A DNA stretch of 64,000 nt from a virus (Duplodnaviria; Caudoviricetes): positions 1 to 64,000 of IMG/VR virus record IMGVR_UViG_3300032303_002003; one strand, 5' to 3'. The position numbers and the translations under genes are program-made. A model generated the notes under the pieces. The model did not search any database. It worked only from the letters and a program-made list of their open reading frames with translations, and was not told the origin of the DNA. Below are positions 41,280 to 51,398 of this stretch, in pieces (positions within the stretch are counted from its first letter, which is position 1; each line of letters begins with the position of its first letter).

Positions 41280-42752
41280 TTACAACATCTTACCCATCAA
41301 ATCTTTGATTCTCAAAAATTGAGGATTTTCGTAAGTTTTTGATTCAATAAGTGTTGTTGAAGAACCTGTAGAAACATTTTTATTTAATTTAGTTTCAACT
41401 GATTCGTTCATTGGTTTACTTTCAACCTTACCTAATTCGTCTTTGATTGACTTATAAAGATTTTTAGATTCTTTTAAAGTCTCAACATCGTCAAATCTTC
41501 TAAGGATGTTTATTTTTTCTTTTTTAGTAGTTGAGTGTTCTGTGAACAATCTTGTAGCGTAAGCTAAATTTGAATTGAAAATTGCAACCTCATTTAACTT
41601 CTCTCTGAATGTATTCAGAGCTTTTCTGTACTCTTCATTTTTTTCTCTCAACATACTAACTTCTTGTGATAGAGTTTCCTCTTTAAGGTTTCTATTAGGT
41701 GTAATTCCTTTTCTAAGTCCGCCACCTTTTCTTGGGCCCATACCCATTGTTCTTGCAGCTTCTTTAGTTTCAGTTTTCTTAACCATTTGGTTTTTACCAC
41801 CCATATTTTCGCCTTTTTTAAACTCAAATTTTGGTTTACCTGTTCCCATAGTTTTTGGTCCTTCTTTCTTGTCTTCTTTAAAACCGCCAGAAGTTTTCTT
41901 GTATTGGAATTTAGGTTTTCCAATTCCGAGTCCTTTAGGTTTCATACCTTTTTTTGCTTTCTTGTGACTGTATGCTTCATCCATTTGCCAAGAATCGTCT
42001 TCGTCCATTTCGTCATAAGACTCATCCATTTCTTCTTCATCGGATTCATCCATTTCAATTTCATAGATTGTCTCATCCATTTCTTCTTCATCGGATTCAT
42101 CCATTTCGTCATAAGACTCATCCATTTCTTCTTCAGATTCTTCATCCATTTCAATTTCATACATAACACCTTCATCTGTTTCGGTGTCAAAATCATCATT
42201 TGAGCTATCATCAAACATTTGTTTAATGATGTCGTCCATTTCTGTGTCGTCCATTTCTGTTTCGTACATTTCGTCTTCAATTGATTCACCAAGTCTGATA
42301 AGATATTCAGAATCTGTGTTATTATCTTTAAGGGTTACATCAGAACCGTCTTTTTTGATAATAATTCCATCTTCTTCACCCATGGCTTTAAAAACTTTGA
42401 GGATTTCTTCATCAGATGCTCCAGTTAAATCAATTGGAGTTTCATCAGAATCCATATCTACGTTCATATCTACGTCATCCATATCGGTGCCCATATCTAC
42501 GTCCATATCAACTTCATCATCTTTATCTGTATCAACATTCACATCTATATCAGTATCTGTGTCTGTATCAACATCTGCGCCAACAACGTCCTCTTCTTCG
42601 TCATCTTGCTCAGAAAGGGATTCTTTTACTAATTGATTGATTTCTTCCTTCATTGTAGAAGCAAGTATTCCTTTTGCATTTTCGGCTATAGCTTCTTCAA
42701 CATTTTTCATTTGAATAAGCGCCTCTTCAACTAAGTTTTTGTTTTCTTGCAT
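41280..42752 (-). CDS. Prohead core / scaffold protein
   Basis: Highly acidic, EMDE repeats, coiled-coil C-terminus, between protease and MCP. Confidence 0.75.
   Translation of the reverse strand: MQENKNLVEEALIQMKNVEEAIAENAKGILASTMKEEINQLVKESLSEQDDEEEDVVGADVDTDTDTDIDVNVDTDKDDEVDMDVDMGTDMDDVDMNVDMDSDETPIDLTGASDEEILKVFKAMGEEDGIIIKKDGSDVTLKDNNTDSEYLIRLGESIEDEMYETEMDDTEMDDIIKQMFDDSSNDDFDTETDEGVMYEIEMDEESEEEMDESYDEMDESDEEEMDETIYEIEMDESDEEEMDESYDEMDEDDSWQMDEAYSHKKAKKGMKPKGLGIGKPKFQYKKTSGGFKEDKKEGPKTMGTGKPKFEFKKGENMGGKNQMVKKTETKEAARTMGMGPRKGGGLRKGITPNRNLKEETLSQEVSMLREKNEEYRKALNTFREKLNEVAIFNSNLAYATRLFTEHSTTKKEKINILRRFDDVETLKESKNLYKSIKDELGKVESKPMNESVETKLNKNVSTGSSTTLIESKTYENPQFLRIKDLMGKML
41998..42160 (-). 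repeat. Coding tandem repeat YEIEMDES(D/E)EEMDESYDEMDE
   Basis: Near-identical nucleotide repeats (tcatccatttc...) inside scaffold gene. Confidence 0.9.
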
Positions 42753-42878
42753 AGAAAATTTATTTATTTTAACTAATAAATAGTATCAAAAATGAAAAAA
42801 GTTTAGTTTTTTCAGTTGTGAGTGATTATTTTTTTATGGGAAAGGACTTCCGTAGTAATAAATAGTATATAAAAACAA

Positions 42879-42904
42879 AAAAGGTGAGTATTAACTCACC
42901 TTTT
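42879..42904 (-). terminator. Intrinsic terminator
   Basis: AAAAGGTGAGT-atta-ACTCACCTTTT. Confidence 0.8.
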
Positions 42905-42922
42905 AAATAAACCTAATAAATT

Positions 42923-43141
42923 TTAGTCTTCAATAACTTCATCAATTTTACTTTCTGAAACTGAAGTTATTCTCCAATCGTTTGAGAAACCTTCGTATCT
43001 TTTTGTTACTTTAGCTTCAACATCGGTTACTGAGAACCCCTTTACCAATTTTTCTTCTCTAATTTTTTTAATTTTACCTGTTTGGTCATCAGGTAAATCG
43101 TACTGAATTTTTGCTACAAAATACTTTTCATCCATTTCCAT
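42923..43141 (-). CDS. DUF4494-like small protein
   Basis: YFVAKIQY..GKIKKIREEKLV...SVTDVEAK..ITSVSESKI resembles Bacteroidota DUF4494. Confidence 0.55.
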   Translation of the reverse strand: MEMDEKYFVAKIQYDLPDDQTGKIKKIREEKLVKGFSVTDVEAKVTKRYEGFSNDWRITSVSESKIDEVIED

Positions 43142-43147
43142 AATTAT

Positions 43148-43861
43148 TTATTTTCCTAAATAATCGGATAATTTTCTCATTAAATCAATAGAGTGGTCAA
43201 CATCTCCTCCTGATTTTAATTTTTTTTCTTCTTCTAAATTCTCCTCATATTTTTCTCTATCATTTTTATCAGAGAATAAATAAGCGCCTGGTGTAGATGG
43301 AGATGAAACTAAATCAAAACAAATTAATTCAAAATCATCTTGAACTTCATTTCTTTCACCAACTTTTTTAAGTGAACCAACACCCCTTGATGAAATACCA
43401 AGAGTAACTCCTTGTCTCATTAAGTTTGCTGCAATATCTCCCTTTGTTGAAACTATACCTTTTTCGTGAAATCCTGGTGATGTTAATAATTTTAATTTTC
43501 CCATTAAAATGTTATTATCCCACCATATATCTGTAATGATGTGAGATACCCTATCTAAATCAATAAGAGACGATTCAGGGTGATTTAATTCAGAAGTTGA
43601 TAAACCTTTATTTATTGTTGTTTTATATTTATCAGCCTCTCTTTTAAGTATTTTTTCAGGGTAAAATCTACCGTTTCTGTTTGGTGTATTGTATTTTTGT
43701 AGAACAGCATAAAATTCAAACGGATTTCTATAATCCATTAATTTTTGTTCTTGTAAAAATTTTGAGTTAAATCCATCTTTTGGAGATATGTATCCGGCAT
43801 CCATTTCAACAAGAATACCAAATCCTATTTCATTTGCTTCTAAAAGTCTTAATTCTTTCAT
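43148..43861 (-). CDS. Prohead protease, T4 gp21-like
   Basis: NRNGRFY, ELNHP, GISSRGVGS, FDLVSSPSTPGA. Confidence 0.93.
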   Translation of the reverse strand: MKELRLLEANEIGFGILVEMDAGYISPKDGFNSKFLQEQKLMDYRNPFEFYAVLQKYNTPNRNGRFYPEKILKREADKYKTTINKGLSTSELNHPESSLIDLDRVSHIITDIWWDNNILMGKLKLLTSPGFHEKGIVSTKGDIAANLMRQGVTLGISSRGVGSLKKVGERNEVQDDFELICFDLVSSPSTPGAYLFSDKNDREKYEENLEEEKKLKSGGDVDHSIDLMRKLSDYLGK

Positions 43862-43896
43862 TTATTTCTTTTAAGATAAATATTGCAAATAATGAG

Positions 43897-44325
43897 TTAT
43901 TTTTTTGTGAGGGTAAAATCAAAGTATTTGTTTGAGGTAATGTTGTAATCGTGAATATTATTTACAATTTTTTTTACTGAATTTTTAACTTCATTAGATT
44001 TAAAATCTAATTCATTCTCTGTAAATAAGTTAATCTCTAAATTAAGAAAAGACTTTTTTCCGAAAAAAATTCCACTTGTTCTTAAGTCTAAATCCACAAT
44101 TGATTTTGGTATGAATAGTGTTGTATCAATTGAATCAAATACAGTGTGCTTAAGTTCTCTACTAAAATTACAAACAATCCTATTCCAATTTTCTAACTCT
44201 TCTTTTGGCGATACCCACGATTGAATGTTTATGTATATAGATTTTAGATTCTTAGAATCAACGGTTCCATAAACCGATTTAAATGAATTAGATAAATTCA
44301 ATTTTACACTTTTCCCTTTTTTCAT
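43897..44325 (-). CDS. Hypothetical protein
   Basis: 142-aa ORF between protease and bS21. Confidence 0.75.
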   Translation of the reverse strand: MKKGKSVKLNLSNSFKSVYGTVDSKNLKSIYINIQSWVSPKEELENWNRIVCNFSRELKHTVFDSIDTTLFIPKSIVDLDLRTSGIFFGKKSFLNLEINLFTENELDFKSNEVKNSVKKIVNNIHDYNITSNKYFDFTLTKK

Positions 44326-44411
44326 TAAGTTCCATAATTAGTTCGTTTATTTTTTATAAAAATAGAAGTAATTATGTGTAATATCAAATTTTTTAATATA
44401 TATTAGGTAAT

Positions 44412-44597
44412 ATGTTAATAGTACAAATAAAAAACGGAGAAAATATTGAGAAGGCACTGAAAACCTTGAAATCTAAGGTGATTAAAACTAAGCAAAATCA
44501 GTCACTTACTAAAAGAAAGGAATATGTGAAAAAATCAGTGACCCGTAGAACTGAGATGTTAAAAGCGAAATATAACGAACAAAGAAAGAAATCTTAA
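44412..44597 (+). CDS. rpsU: Ribosomal protein bS21
   Basis: MLIVQIKNGENIEKALK..K.K..KT......RKEY.K.SV.RR....KA.Y matches Bacteroidota bS21. Confidence 0.88.
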   Translation: MLIVQIKNGENIEKALKTLKSKVIKTKQNQSLTKRKEYVKKSVTRRTEMLKAKYNEQRKKS

Positions 44598-45286
44598 AGA
44601 GATTCCACCAATTTTTTAAGTTTAAAATAACTTAATTGGTCAAATTTTTCATTTTGTATTTTAAGTATTGTTTCTGAAATTTTTGACTTTGTTTCTTCGT
44701 CTGATTCTTTTTCAATTAATGAATTTAATTTAATTGCTGCGTCATCCTTTAATGAATTAAACTTAATCTTTAAAGATTTTGTATCTTCACTTATAATAGT
44801 TTCCAATTCTTTTTTAGAAGTTTCGTCTAAAGTTTGAATAAAATTTTTAATAGTTTGATTTGCAATTTTAACCATCGAACTAATAGGAATATTTACAGAT
44901 TCTTTAATTTTTGTTTTTTCCTGAGTTAAAACTTTAACTAATTCTTTTTTACTCTCTACTCTTTCTTTAATTGATGTTGAATTATATACTAAATTATCAA
45001 TAACCTTGTAGTTATTATCATTACCAAATTTTTCATTTGGCAAACTTATATTTTCAATTAATTTTTGAATTAAATTAATCCCTTCGTTTACAAATTCAAC
45101 CGCATCACGTTCTGATAATCCTTGAGGGGCTGATAATTCCTCATACAGAGAATACAATTTTGCGATACTTTTATTTTCCAAAACATCTTCTTTAAATCCG
45201 AGTAAAGATTTTTTAAAATTTTTCTTATCTGAATAAGATTCAAGTAATTGATTATCTACGTATGTTTTAATTTGTCCGAATGTCAT
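44594..45286 (-). CDS. Hypothetical head-module protein
   Basis: 230 aa helical, downstream of portal, TATTTAT upstream. Confidence 0.75.
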   Translation of the reverse strand: MTFGQIKTYVDNQLLESYSDKKNFKKSLLGFKEDVLENKSIAKLYSLYEELSAPQGLSERDAVEFVNEGINLIQKLIENISLPNEKFGNDNNYKVIDNLVYNSTSIKERVESKKELVKVLTQEKTKIKESVNIPISSMVKIANQTIKNFIQTLDETSKKELETIISEDTKSLKIKFNSLKDDAAIKLNSLIEKESDEETKSKISETILKIQNEKFDQLSYFKLKKLVESL

Positions 45287-45309
45287 TTTAATATATTTTA
45301 TAATAAATA

Positions 45310-47160
45310 TTACGAATTTAATAACTTATCTAATTCTATATCCATTTCATTAAAGGAATCTATACCTGTTTCAACATCTAGTATTACCGAACCCTCTATA
45401 AACCTTTTTTCAACTAAAATATTTAAGTTATTCTTTCTTGATTCAGGTGTTATTCCCCCTCCTTCGGGTGGTGGTGCCTCTCCTCCTGGTGGAGGTGGTG
45501 GCGGTGCCCCTAAATCGCCTCCTTCGGGTGGTGGAGCCCCTAAATCAGGTGGTGCAGAAGTTTCTTCTCCAGCAGGTTCAGCACCCGCAGTAGATGTTCC
45601 ACCACTTGCGTTGTTACCATAAAGCTTATCAATAGTATCAAATAAACCTGTTTTAGTAATAACTGTTGCTGTTGATTTAAGTTCTTCTCCCACTGCCTTC
45701 TCAAATCTTTGTTGTAATAAATCAACTCTAATTTCTTCATCTGAAAAACCAAAAATATGTTTTTTAGCCCAAGTGGAAGAAACTGCTTGAATACCATTTC
45801 CTGGGTCTGAAACCAAATCTTTATACAAAAGAATTTTTTCTTTATAAACATCAATTTTAAGTAGGTCCGCTTGAGTAGACGGGTTAGTTAAACCTAAAGT
45901 GAAATTTGATAATTCATCTTCAAATCCAAGTAAAAATAAATGCACAATTGCAACTTTATTTAACTCTTGAATCATACTTTTTTGGATTCTATTGATTGTT
46001 CTTGCAAAACGAATATCCTGTAATGATAAATTTTTACCATCACCTACAACTTCCTCAAAACCTAAAAATGCTTTAGGGACACGAAGAGCCGTTAATAGTT
46101 TCTTTTGAATATATTCGATATCCGCAATTTCTGATAGGTTTGTTGCACCTGGTAAAGTTTCAATTGGACTTGGAGATGCTGGGTCACGAACAGGTACAAA
46201 ATAATCTTGGTCTACAGCCATTTGATTAAATCTCATATCCACATTACCCGTATTCTTATCAACGACTTGTTGTCTTTTAAACTTATCGGCAACACGGTTT
46301 ACGTAAGGTTCAACATCTTCATCATTCATATTACCAACAAACACTTTAAATATTCTTCTTTCAGGCGCTCTTGAGGTACGATAAATTAACATCGCATCTT
46401 CCGATAGTAATAATTGTTTCCAAATTCTTCTAGCCTTTTCCAACATAGAAGTACCATAAGGAAGTTTTCTATCATCACCCAATAATCTAAAGTGTGCGAT
46501 TTCCCAAGATTGGAATGTAATTGCTTTTTGTTTCCAAGTAAAAGTTAATGCCTTTTTAGCTTCAGTCTTACCTAAATCCACTGGATGTTTATCACCCATA
46601 CCAACTTCGTGTCTTTCAATTTCAATATTAGGTAACTGTTGGCAACCAACAACACCCTTTTCAGGGTCTAATTTCAAGTAAACAAAGTTATCACCGAATT
46701 TACAAGTATTTCTTGTCCACATCGGTAAGTTTGTATTGATATCTAAAACATTATTAAACAAATCCGCCAATACAGACTTAATCCTTTTTGATTCGGAATA
46801 AATCTGTAACATAAATCCATCTTCATTAACTGTTGTAGATTCTTCGGCGTATATATCTAACGCTGCGGAAATTTCTGGAGTGTACTCCATAGATTCATAA
46901 TCATAAACAGAAGATAATCTTGTTGGTTCGTAATAAATTGCTTGAGAGTATAAATTATTCTCTACTTTAGCCCACTGTTGTGCTAAATAAAATGTTTGTT
47001 GAGCCTGTAGTTTTTCTCTTTCGTATTCTCCCTTATCTTTAGTTCTTAATAATTCTGTTTTATCAAGTTTGAATTGGGGGTAGTCTTGTCCTAGCAAAGA
47101 ATTGGGTCCGAATGTCTTACCGAGCCTCTGCCATACCGTTAAATTGTTATTTTCAGCCAT
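45310..47160 (-). CDS. Portal protein, T4 gp20-like
   Basis: LLLSEDAMLIYRTSRAPERRIF..DYFVP..IETLPG..DIEYIQKKL..ALRVP; Pro-rich tail. Confidence 0.95.
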   Translation of the reverse strand: MAENNNLTVWQRLGKTFGPNSLLGQDYPQFKLDKTELLRTKDKGEYEREKLQAQQTFYLAQQWAKVENNLYSQAIYYEPTRLSSVYDYESMEYTPEISAALDIYAEESTTVNEDGFMLQIYSESKRIKSVLADLFNNVLDINTNLPMWTRNTCKFGDNFVYLKLDPEKGVVGCQQLPNIEIERHEVGMGDKHPVDLGKTEAKKALTFTWKQKAITFQSWEIAHFRLLGDDRKLPYGTSMLEKARRIWKQLLLSEDAMLIYRTSRAPERRIFKVFVGNMNDEDVEPYVNRVADKFKRQQVVDKNTGNVDMRFNQMAVDQDYFVPVRDPASPSPIETLPGATNLSEIADIEYIQKKLLTALRVPKAFLGFEEVVGDGKNLSLQDIRFARTINRIQKSMIQELNKVAIVHLFLLGFEDELSNFTLGLTNPSTQADLLKIDVYKEKILLYKDLVSDPGNGIQAVSSTWAKKHIFGFSDEEIRVDLLQQRFEKAVGEELKSTATVITKTGLFDTIDKLYGNNASGGTSTAGAEPAGEETSAPPDLGAPPPEGGDLGAPPPPPPGGEAPPPEGGGITPESRKNNLNILVEKRFIEGSVILDVETGIDSFNEMDIELDKLLNS

Positions 47161-47198
47161 ATAATAAATTTAATTGAAGTAATCAATATTATAAATAC

Positions 47199-48962
47199 TT
47201 ATCTACCACCAAATAACCAACCATATTTTTTATAGTCTTCCATACCAGGTCCTTGACTTGGAAAATGTCCCATTTTTGGTGCCGCTTGAGGTACTAAAGG
47301 GTTAAAGAAGTTTGAAGAGTTTTTATCTTCATTAACTGATGTTGCCCACGAATTAATCATAGCCTTTGTTTGGTTAACATTCTTTTCTAATTGTTGAAAT
47401 GATTTTTCTCCAACATAGATTGCCATAGAAATAGACATAATACAGTCATCGTGTCCATTTTTTTGGTGGTCGGGTCTTCCATTCATATAAACAAACCCAT
47501 TCATTTCATTATGTAACCTATTTGAACGAACCGCAAAATTATGTCTAATTGCTTCCTCAAAAGATGCAATAATTTGAACTCTTTTGGAGTTAAAATTAAT
47601 TCCTGGTATTTTTTCAGCCATTTTTGGGTCCCATTTCCACTTATTTTGAGTATCCACGTTATCTACGTACATACCACCCTTATAATTCATCTCCTGTAAC
47701 TTCCTTGCAGTTGCAACACCCATTCCTCCTGTTAAATCCGTAACACAGTAAGCATTATACATCGTACCCCATTTATAAGCTATTTCTGCAACAATATCGG
47801 GTGGTACTTTTCCAATATATTCCAACACTTGTTTTCTTTCATCAAAATCAATTATTTGAATACAAGAGAAATCTTCAGAATCTCCCCTTGAAACGTCAAT
47901 ACCCATAACATATTTGTGACCCGCTTCAGGTTCATCAAATATCCATAAAGCGTTGCCCATAAGTTTTGCCTTGGGTTCCTGTATATGATTATTTTTTATT
48001 TTCTGTAATGTTTCAGAATCAAACACGTTATCACCTGAACTTAAAAAGTTACATTCCAACTCCTGAGCCACTTTTCTCCTATCAAATTTGAGTTTTTTAA
48101 CCATTTTCTCAAACCAATCAGAACAAGGTTTATATCCTTTCTCAATATAATCTTTTGTTATTTCGTGGTCTCTTTCATATGGGTTATCTATACTTAAATC
48201 AACAATTGCATCTTTTGGGTATTCTTCTATATTAAGTAAGAAATGAACCAAGTCGGTTGTTTTAACCATATACAAATCTTTTGTATATCTTGGGTCTTTA
48301 TACCAAAACATTTCAGAAATTTTGAAGTCATTCATACTTCTTAATGCTTGGTCGTAAATCTCGTAGTAAATGGGGTCCTGTCCGTTTGGTGTTGATACTA
48401 CAATAACCTTACCACCCGTAGATAGTGATGCCATACAAGCAGCCCAAAAGTCTGAGTCCGCATCAATAAACGCCGCTTCATCAAATATAAGAATAGTAGG
48501 TGTATAACCACGAAGAGCATCTTTTGATGTTGCAACCGCCTTAACCTCACAATCATTATTTAACTTAAAATGTCTTGCGGCGTTCTTTTCGGCTGAAAAT
48601 CCAATACCAACCCAAGATGGCCATTGTTCTGTAAATGACCTTATTTTATTTGCCATCTCAACCGACGTATCAAGTTTGTTTGCGATAATCAAAACTTTTT
48701 CAGGTTTGCTTTTTTTAGCGAATGCAAGTTTTTTTGATGCCCATGCGGCGGTTACTGTAGAAACACCCGCCTGTCTGTATTTTAAAGCAATATTCTCGTT
48801 GTATTTTTCGTAGTCTTCAATAAGACTAATTTGGTCTGGAAATAGGTCTAATGGTACATACTTTGATTTTGTATTATCAAAAGTTTGTAAATACGTTCTT
48901 AACGCATATGGAGTATCTCTCATACACTTTGTAACTTCAATTATTAATTGTTCTTTCGTCAT
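47199..48962 (-). CDS. terL: Terminase large subunit, T4 gp17-like
   Basis: KYRQAGVST Walker A, IFDEAAF Walker B, STPNG, QELECNF, GIDVSRG, HDDCIMS. Confidence 0.95.
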   Translation of the reverse strand: MTKEQLIIEVTKCMRDTPYALRTYLQTFDNTKSKYVPLDLFPDQISLIEDYEKYNENIALKYRQAGVSTVTAAWASKKLAFAKKSKPEKVLIIANKLDTSVEMANKIRSFTEQWPSWVGIGFSAEKNAARHFKLNNDCEVKAVATSKDALRGYTPTILIFDEAAFIDADSDFWAACMASLSTGGKVIVVSTPNGQDPIYYEIYDQALRSMNDFKISEMFWYKDPRYTKDLYMVKTTDLVHFLLNIEEYPKDAIVDLSIDNPYERDHEITKDYIEKGYKPCSDWFEKMVKKLKFDRRKVAQELECNFLSSGDNVFDSETLQKIKNNHIQEPKAKLMGNALWIFDEPEAGHKYVMGIDVSRGDSEDFSCIQIIDFDERKQVLEYIGKVPPDIVAEIAYKWGTMYNAYCVTDLTGGMGVATARKLQEMNYKGGMYVDNVDTQNKWKWDPKMAEKIPGINFNSKRVQIIASFEEAIRHNFAVRSNRLHNEMNGFVYMNGRPDHQKNGHDDCIMSISMAIYVGEKSFQQLEKNVNQTKAMINSWATSVNEDKNSSNFFNPLVPQAAPKMGHFPSQGPGMEDYKKYGWLFGGR

Positions 48963-48978
48963 ATTATTATAAATAGTA

Positions 48979-49012
48979 AAAACCCTCCAATAGTCGCCTA
49001 AGGGAGGGTTTT
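48979..49012 (-). terminator. Intrinsic terminator
   Basis: AAAACCCTCC..GGAGGGTTTT. Confidence 0.7.
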
Positions 49013-49029
49013 AATATTATTATGTGATT

Positions 49030-50376
49030 TTATTTTGGCATCGATATACCTAAACCACTTAAAAAATCATCTAAATCATCGTCATCATCATCTTCACCAT
49101 CATTAGAAGGTTCTTCACCTTTTTCTTCTTTTTTCCAATTATCATATTCAGATTTTAAATCTTGAGCTTCACGCATAATTTCTTCAAATCTTGAGGTTGC
49201 TTTCTTATTTTTCTTCTCATCAGTTGAAATTACATCACCCATTATCTGCAAAAACTCTTGAGCTGGAATTTGGTAAAGTTGAATATGGAACCAATTTATT
49301 AAACCTTTATTGTCTTCATCAAACATTTCATCAGGTAATGCAAATCTTAATTTTTCATAAATTTCAGGTCCAATTCTCAATTGCATCGGTTCATTTGCCA
49401 AAGTATCGGTTTGTCCCATTACATTTGCTCTCATACTTGGTTCTTTTGGTAATCCGTGTCTTCCTTTAGACGCTTCAATACCCTTAATAATTTCGTGGCA
49501 TAAGATTGGGAAAAATGCACCTGTAGCAACAATTTTTGTATCGGGTGCCTCTTCTCTATCTCCGCCTTGTTCTTCAAAATTATCTAAATCTTCCTCATCA
49601 GGTTCGTCTAATTCTACTTTACCGGCAACACCTTGTCCTGTTTCAGACATCATTTCAATCATTTGTTCCATACTAAAATAGAAGAAATCATTAATAGCCA
49701 TTATTGTTAAATAATTAGGATATAATCTTGGATTGATTGCGTCTAATCTTCTTTTAACTTCAGGTTTTTGAAATACGTAGTGTCCTTTTTTTGCTGCACC
49801 TTGGATAAGAGCATTAATAATATTTCTTTTATGTTTTTCTAATTCAAATTCTTCTTCAGGAGTTAAATCTTCAATATCAAAAGATGGTATTTGTAATTTT
49901 GGTTTTTCATCACCTTCTTCTTCATCATCATCCTCTTCATCATCTTTTGGTTCTTCGGGAGAATATCTAAAATTTGAAACATCAATTTGTTCCCCCAAAC
50001 GAGGGTCAATAATATACCAACTTGGGTCAGCTTCAGTTTCATCTAAACAAATTTCAACCGCTAAATCTTTAAGAGGTTCTTTTACTCTTGATTCTAAACT
50101 CATAACTTCTTGGGCCTTTCTCATCATTTCACCAATAAGCATTTGTTTAACTTGTCCTGTGCTTAAATCTTGAATACCTGTAACTTCTTTTAGTTTATCA
50201 ACAACTTTTCCAAATCTTGATGAAACAAGTTTTTGTACATCTTGTACTCCACCTTTTAAAGCTGGATTTTTAGCGTATAAACTTTCGGGGTCACCTAGTT
50301 TTCTTTCTAAATTTGGGTCCATTCTTTCAGGTCTGCCACCATAATCAATTTGTTCTTTTATTCTTTTTTTATTCAT
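49030..50376 (-). CDS. Acidic hypothetical protein (putative head/core)
   Basis: 448 aa, starts MNKKRIKEQ, contains PILCHEIIKG. Confidence 0.75.
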   Translation of the reverse strand: MNKKRIKEQIDYGGRPERMDPNLERKLGDPESLYAKNPALKGGVQDVQKLVSSRFGKVVDKLKEVTGIQDLSTGQVKQMLIGEMMRKAQEVMSLESRVKEPLKDLAVEICLDETEADPSWYIIDPRLGEQIDVSNFRYSPEEPKDDEEDDDEEEGDEKPKLQIPSFDIEDLTPEEEFELEKHKRNIINALIQGAAKKGHYVFQKPEVKRRLDAINPRLYPNYLTIMAINDFFYFSMEQMIEMMSETGQGVAGKVELDEPDEEDLDNFEEQGGDREEAPDTKIVATGAFFPILCHEIIKGIEASKGRHGLPKEPSMRANVMGQTDTLANEPMQLRIGPEIYEKLRFALPDEMFDEDNKGLINWFHIQLYQIPAQEFLQIMGDVISTDEKKNKKATSRFEEIMREAQDLKSEYDNWKKEEKGEEPSNDGEDDDDDDLDDFLSGLGISMPK

Positions 50377-51013
50377 TGTCTAAAATTTTCATTATTGCGT
50401 TAATTACTTCAGTTTTTGCTCTTTCAGGTGAAATTGCTCTTGGGGCTTCTTTCTCACCAGGGTTTGGATTTTGACCGGGACTTATTGGTCTTGGTCTAGT
50501 TGTAGGTTTTGTCACCGGTTTTGTAGGTGCGGTTGTTGTATCTTCCGAAAGATATTGTAATAAATCACCTTTACTGATTCTTGGTGGTATATGTTTTTCT
50601 ACTATTCTCATAATTTCGTTTTCTAAAAACAAAGATACAGGATTTTTTCCTTCTTTCAAACTTTTTTTTACTGCTTGAACGCATCTTTCAAATTTTCTTG
50701 TTTTTTTAGGTCCGACTTGAGAGTGACATATAGCCCAAGGATTAGGTTCAGATTTTTTGATTTTCTTTTTACCTTCTTCCATTTCAGCATCAGTTTCGGT
50801 CATACTTACATTAACTCCTTGAGTGTTTAGATTTTTAGCGATGCTTGCGGCGTTTGGATTTTTACTACTAACAAAAGTAGTCGCCTTTGATGTTGTTTGT
50901 TCTCCAACCATTTTACTATGTAACTCATCAATTTGAAATTCTGTTAACTTTGAAACAGTCTTGGATGATAATCCTGATTCTATCAGTTGAAGTGCCTTTA
51001 TATTATTTTTCAT
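50369..51013 (-). CDS. Hypothetical protein with NPWAIC module
   Basis: Multiple LxE sites, NPWAICHSQVG..FERCV, Pro/Thr linker; start moved to ATG 51013. Confidence 0.7.
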   Translation of the reverse strand: MKNNIKALQLIESGLSSKTVSKLTEFQIDELHSKMVGEQTTSKATTFVSSKNPNAASIAKNLNTQGVNVSMTETDAEMEEGKKKIKKSEPNPWAICHSQVGPKKTRKFERCVQAVKKSLKEGKNPVSLFLENEIMRIVEKHIPPRISKGDLLQYLSEDTTTAPTKPVTKPTTRPRPISPGQNPNPGEKEAPRAISPERAKTEVINAIMKILDNE

Positions 51014-51398
51014 ATACAACTTTTTTTTCAAACTCAAGGATTAAATCCTTTTCGTATAATAAATCTTTTATTTTTTGTTCTGTATCATTAAACCTAAAAA
51101 CCATTCTCGGTTGTTTAACCGTATCGTCCTCTTCCCACGCTAAAGCAACAACCCCATCCACTGCATCAATCATCGAAAAATAATCGGAGTTTTGAATTAA
51201 CTCCAACTTTATGTTAGTGTCCCTCAAAACTCCTACTTTTGTAATATATTTTAGTTCAGGTGGTAAAGGGTAACCATTACAAGGTTTACTATCCCATCCA
51301 TCTCCCCAAACTTCTTGTTCATCCGAAAAAATAAATTCATAAATGTTATCACCTTTAAAGTTTGGTCCCAAACCATTAACATAAATTAGATAACTCAT
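51003..51398 (-). CDS. Hypothetical protein
   Basis: 131-aa ORF overlapping neighbours. Confidence 0.75.
   Translation of the reverse strand: MSYLIYVNGLGPNFKGDNIYEFIFSDEQEVWGDGWDSKPCNGYPLPPELKYITKVGVLRDTNIKLELIQNSDYFSMIDAVDGVVALAWEEDDTVKQPRMVFRFNDTEQKIKDLLYEKDLILEFEKKVVYEK

Noticed and set aside
41998-42160. Tandem nucleotide repeats that could suggest a CRISPR array
   Set aside because: In-frame coding repeats (EMDES..) in the scaffold with no unique spacers; no cas genes in the window
41575-42640. Multiple overlapping alternative-frame and antisense ORFs (also 8344, 9939, 17367, 45248, 52023, 55860 etc.)
   Set aside because: Shadows of low-complexity or codon-biased real genes, with no motifs or promoters
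39481-48962. Introns or inteins in MCP, portal or TerL
   Set aside because: ORFs are continuous and of expected size, with no intein or intron signatures seen
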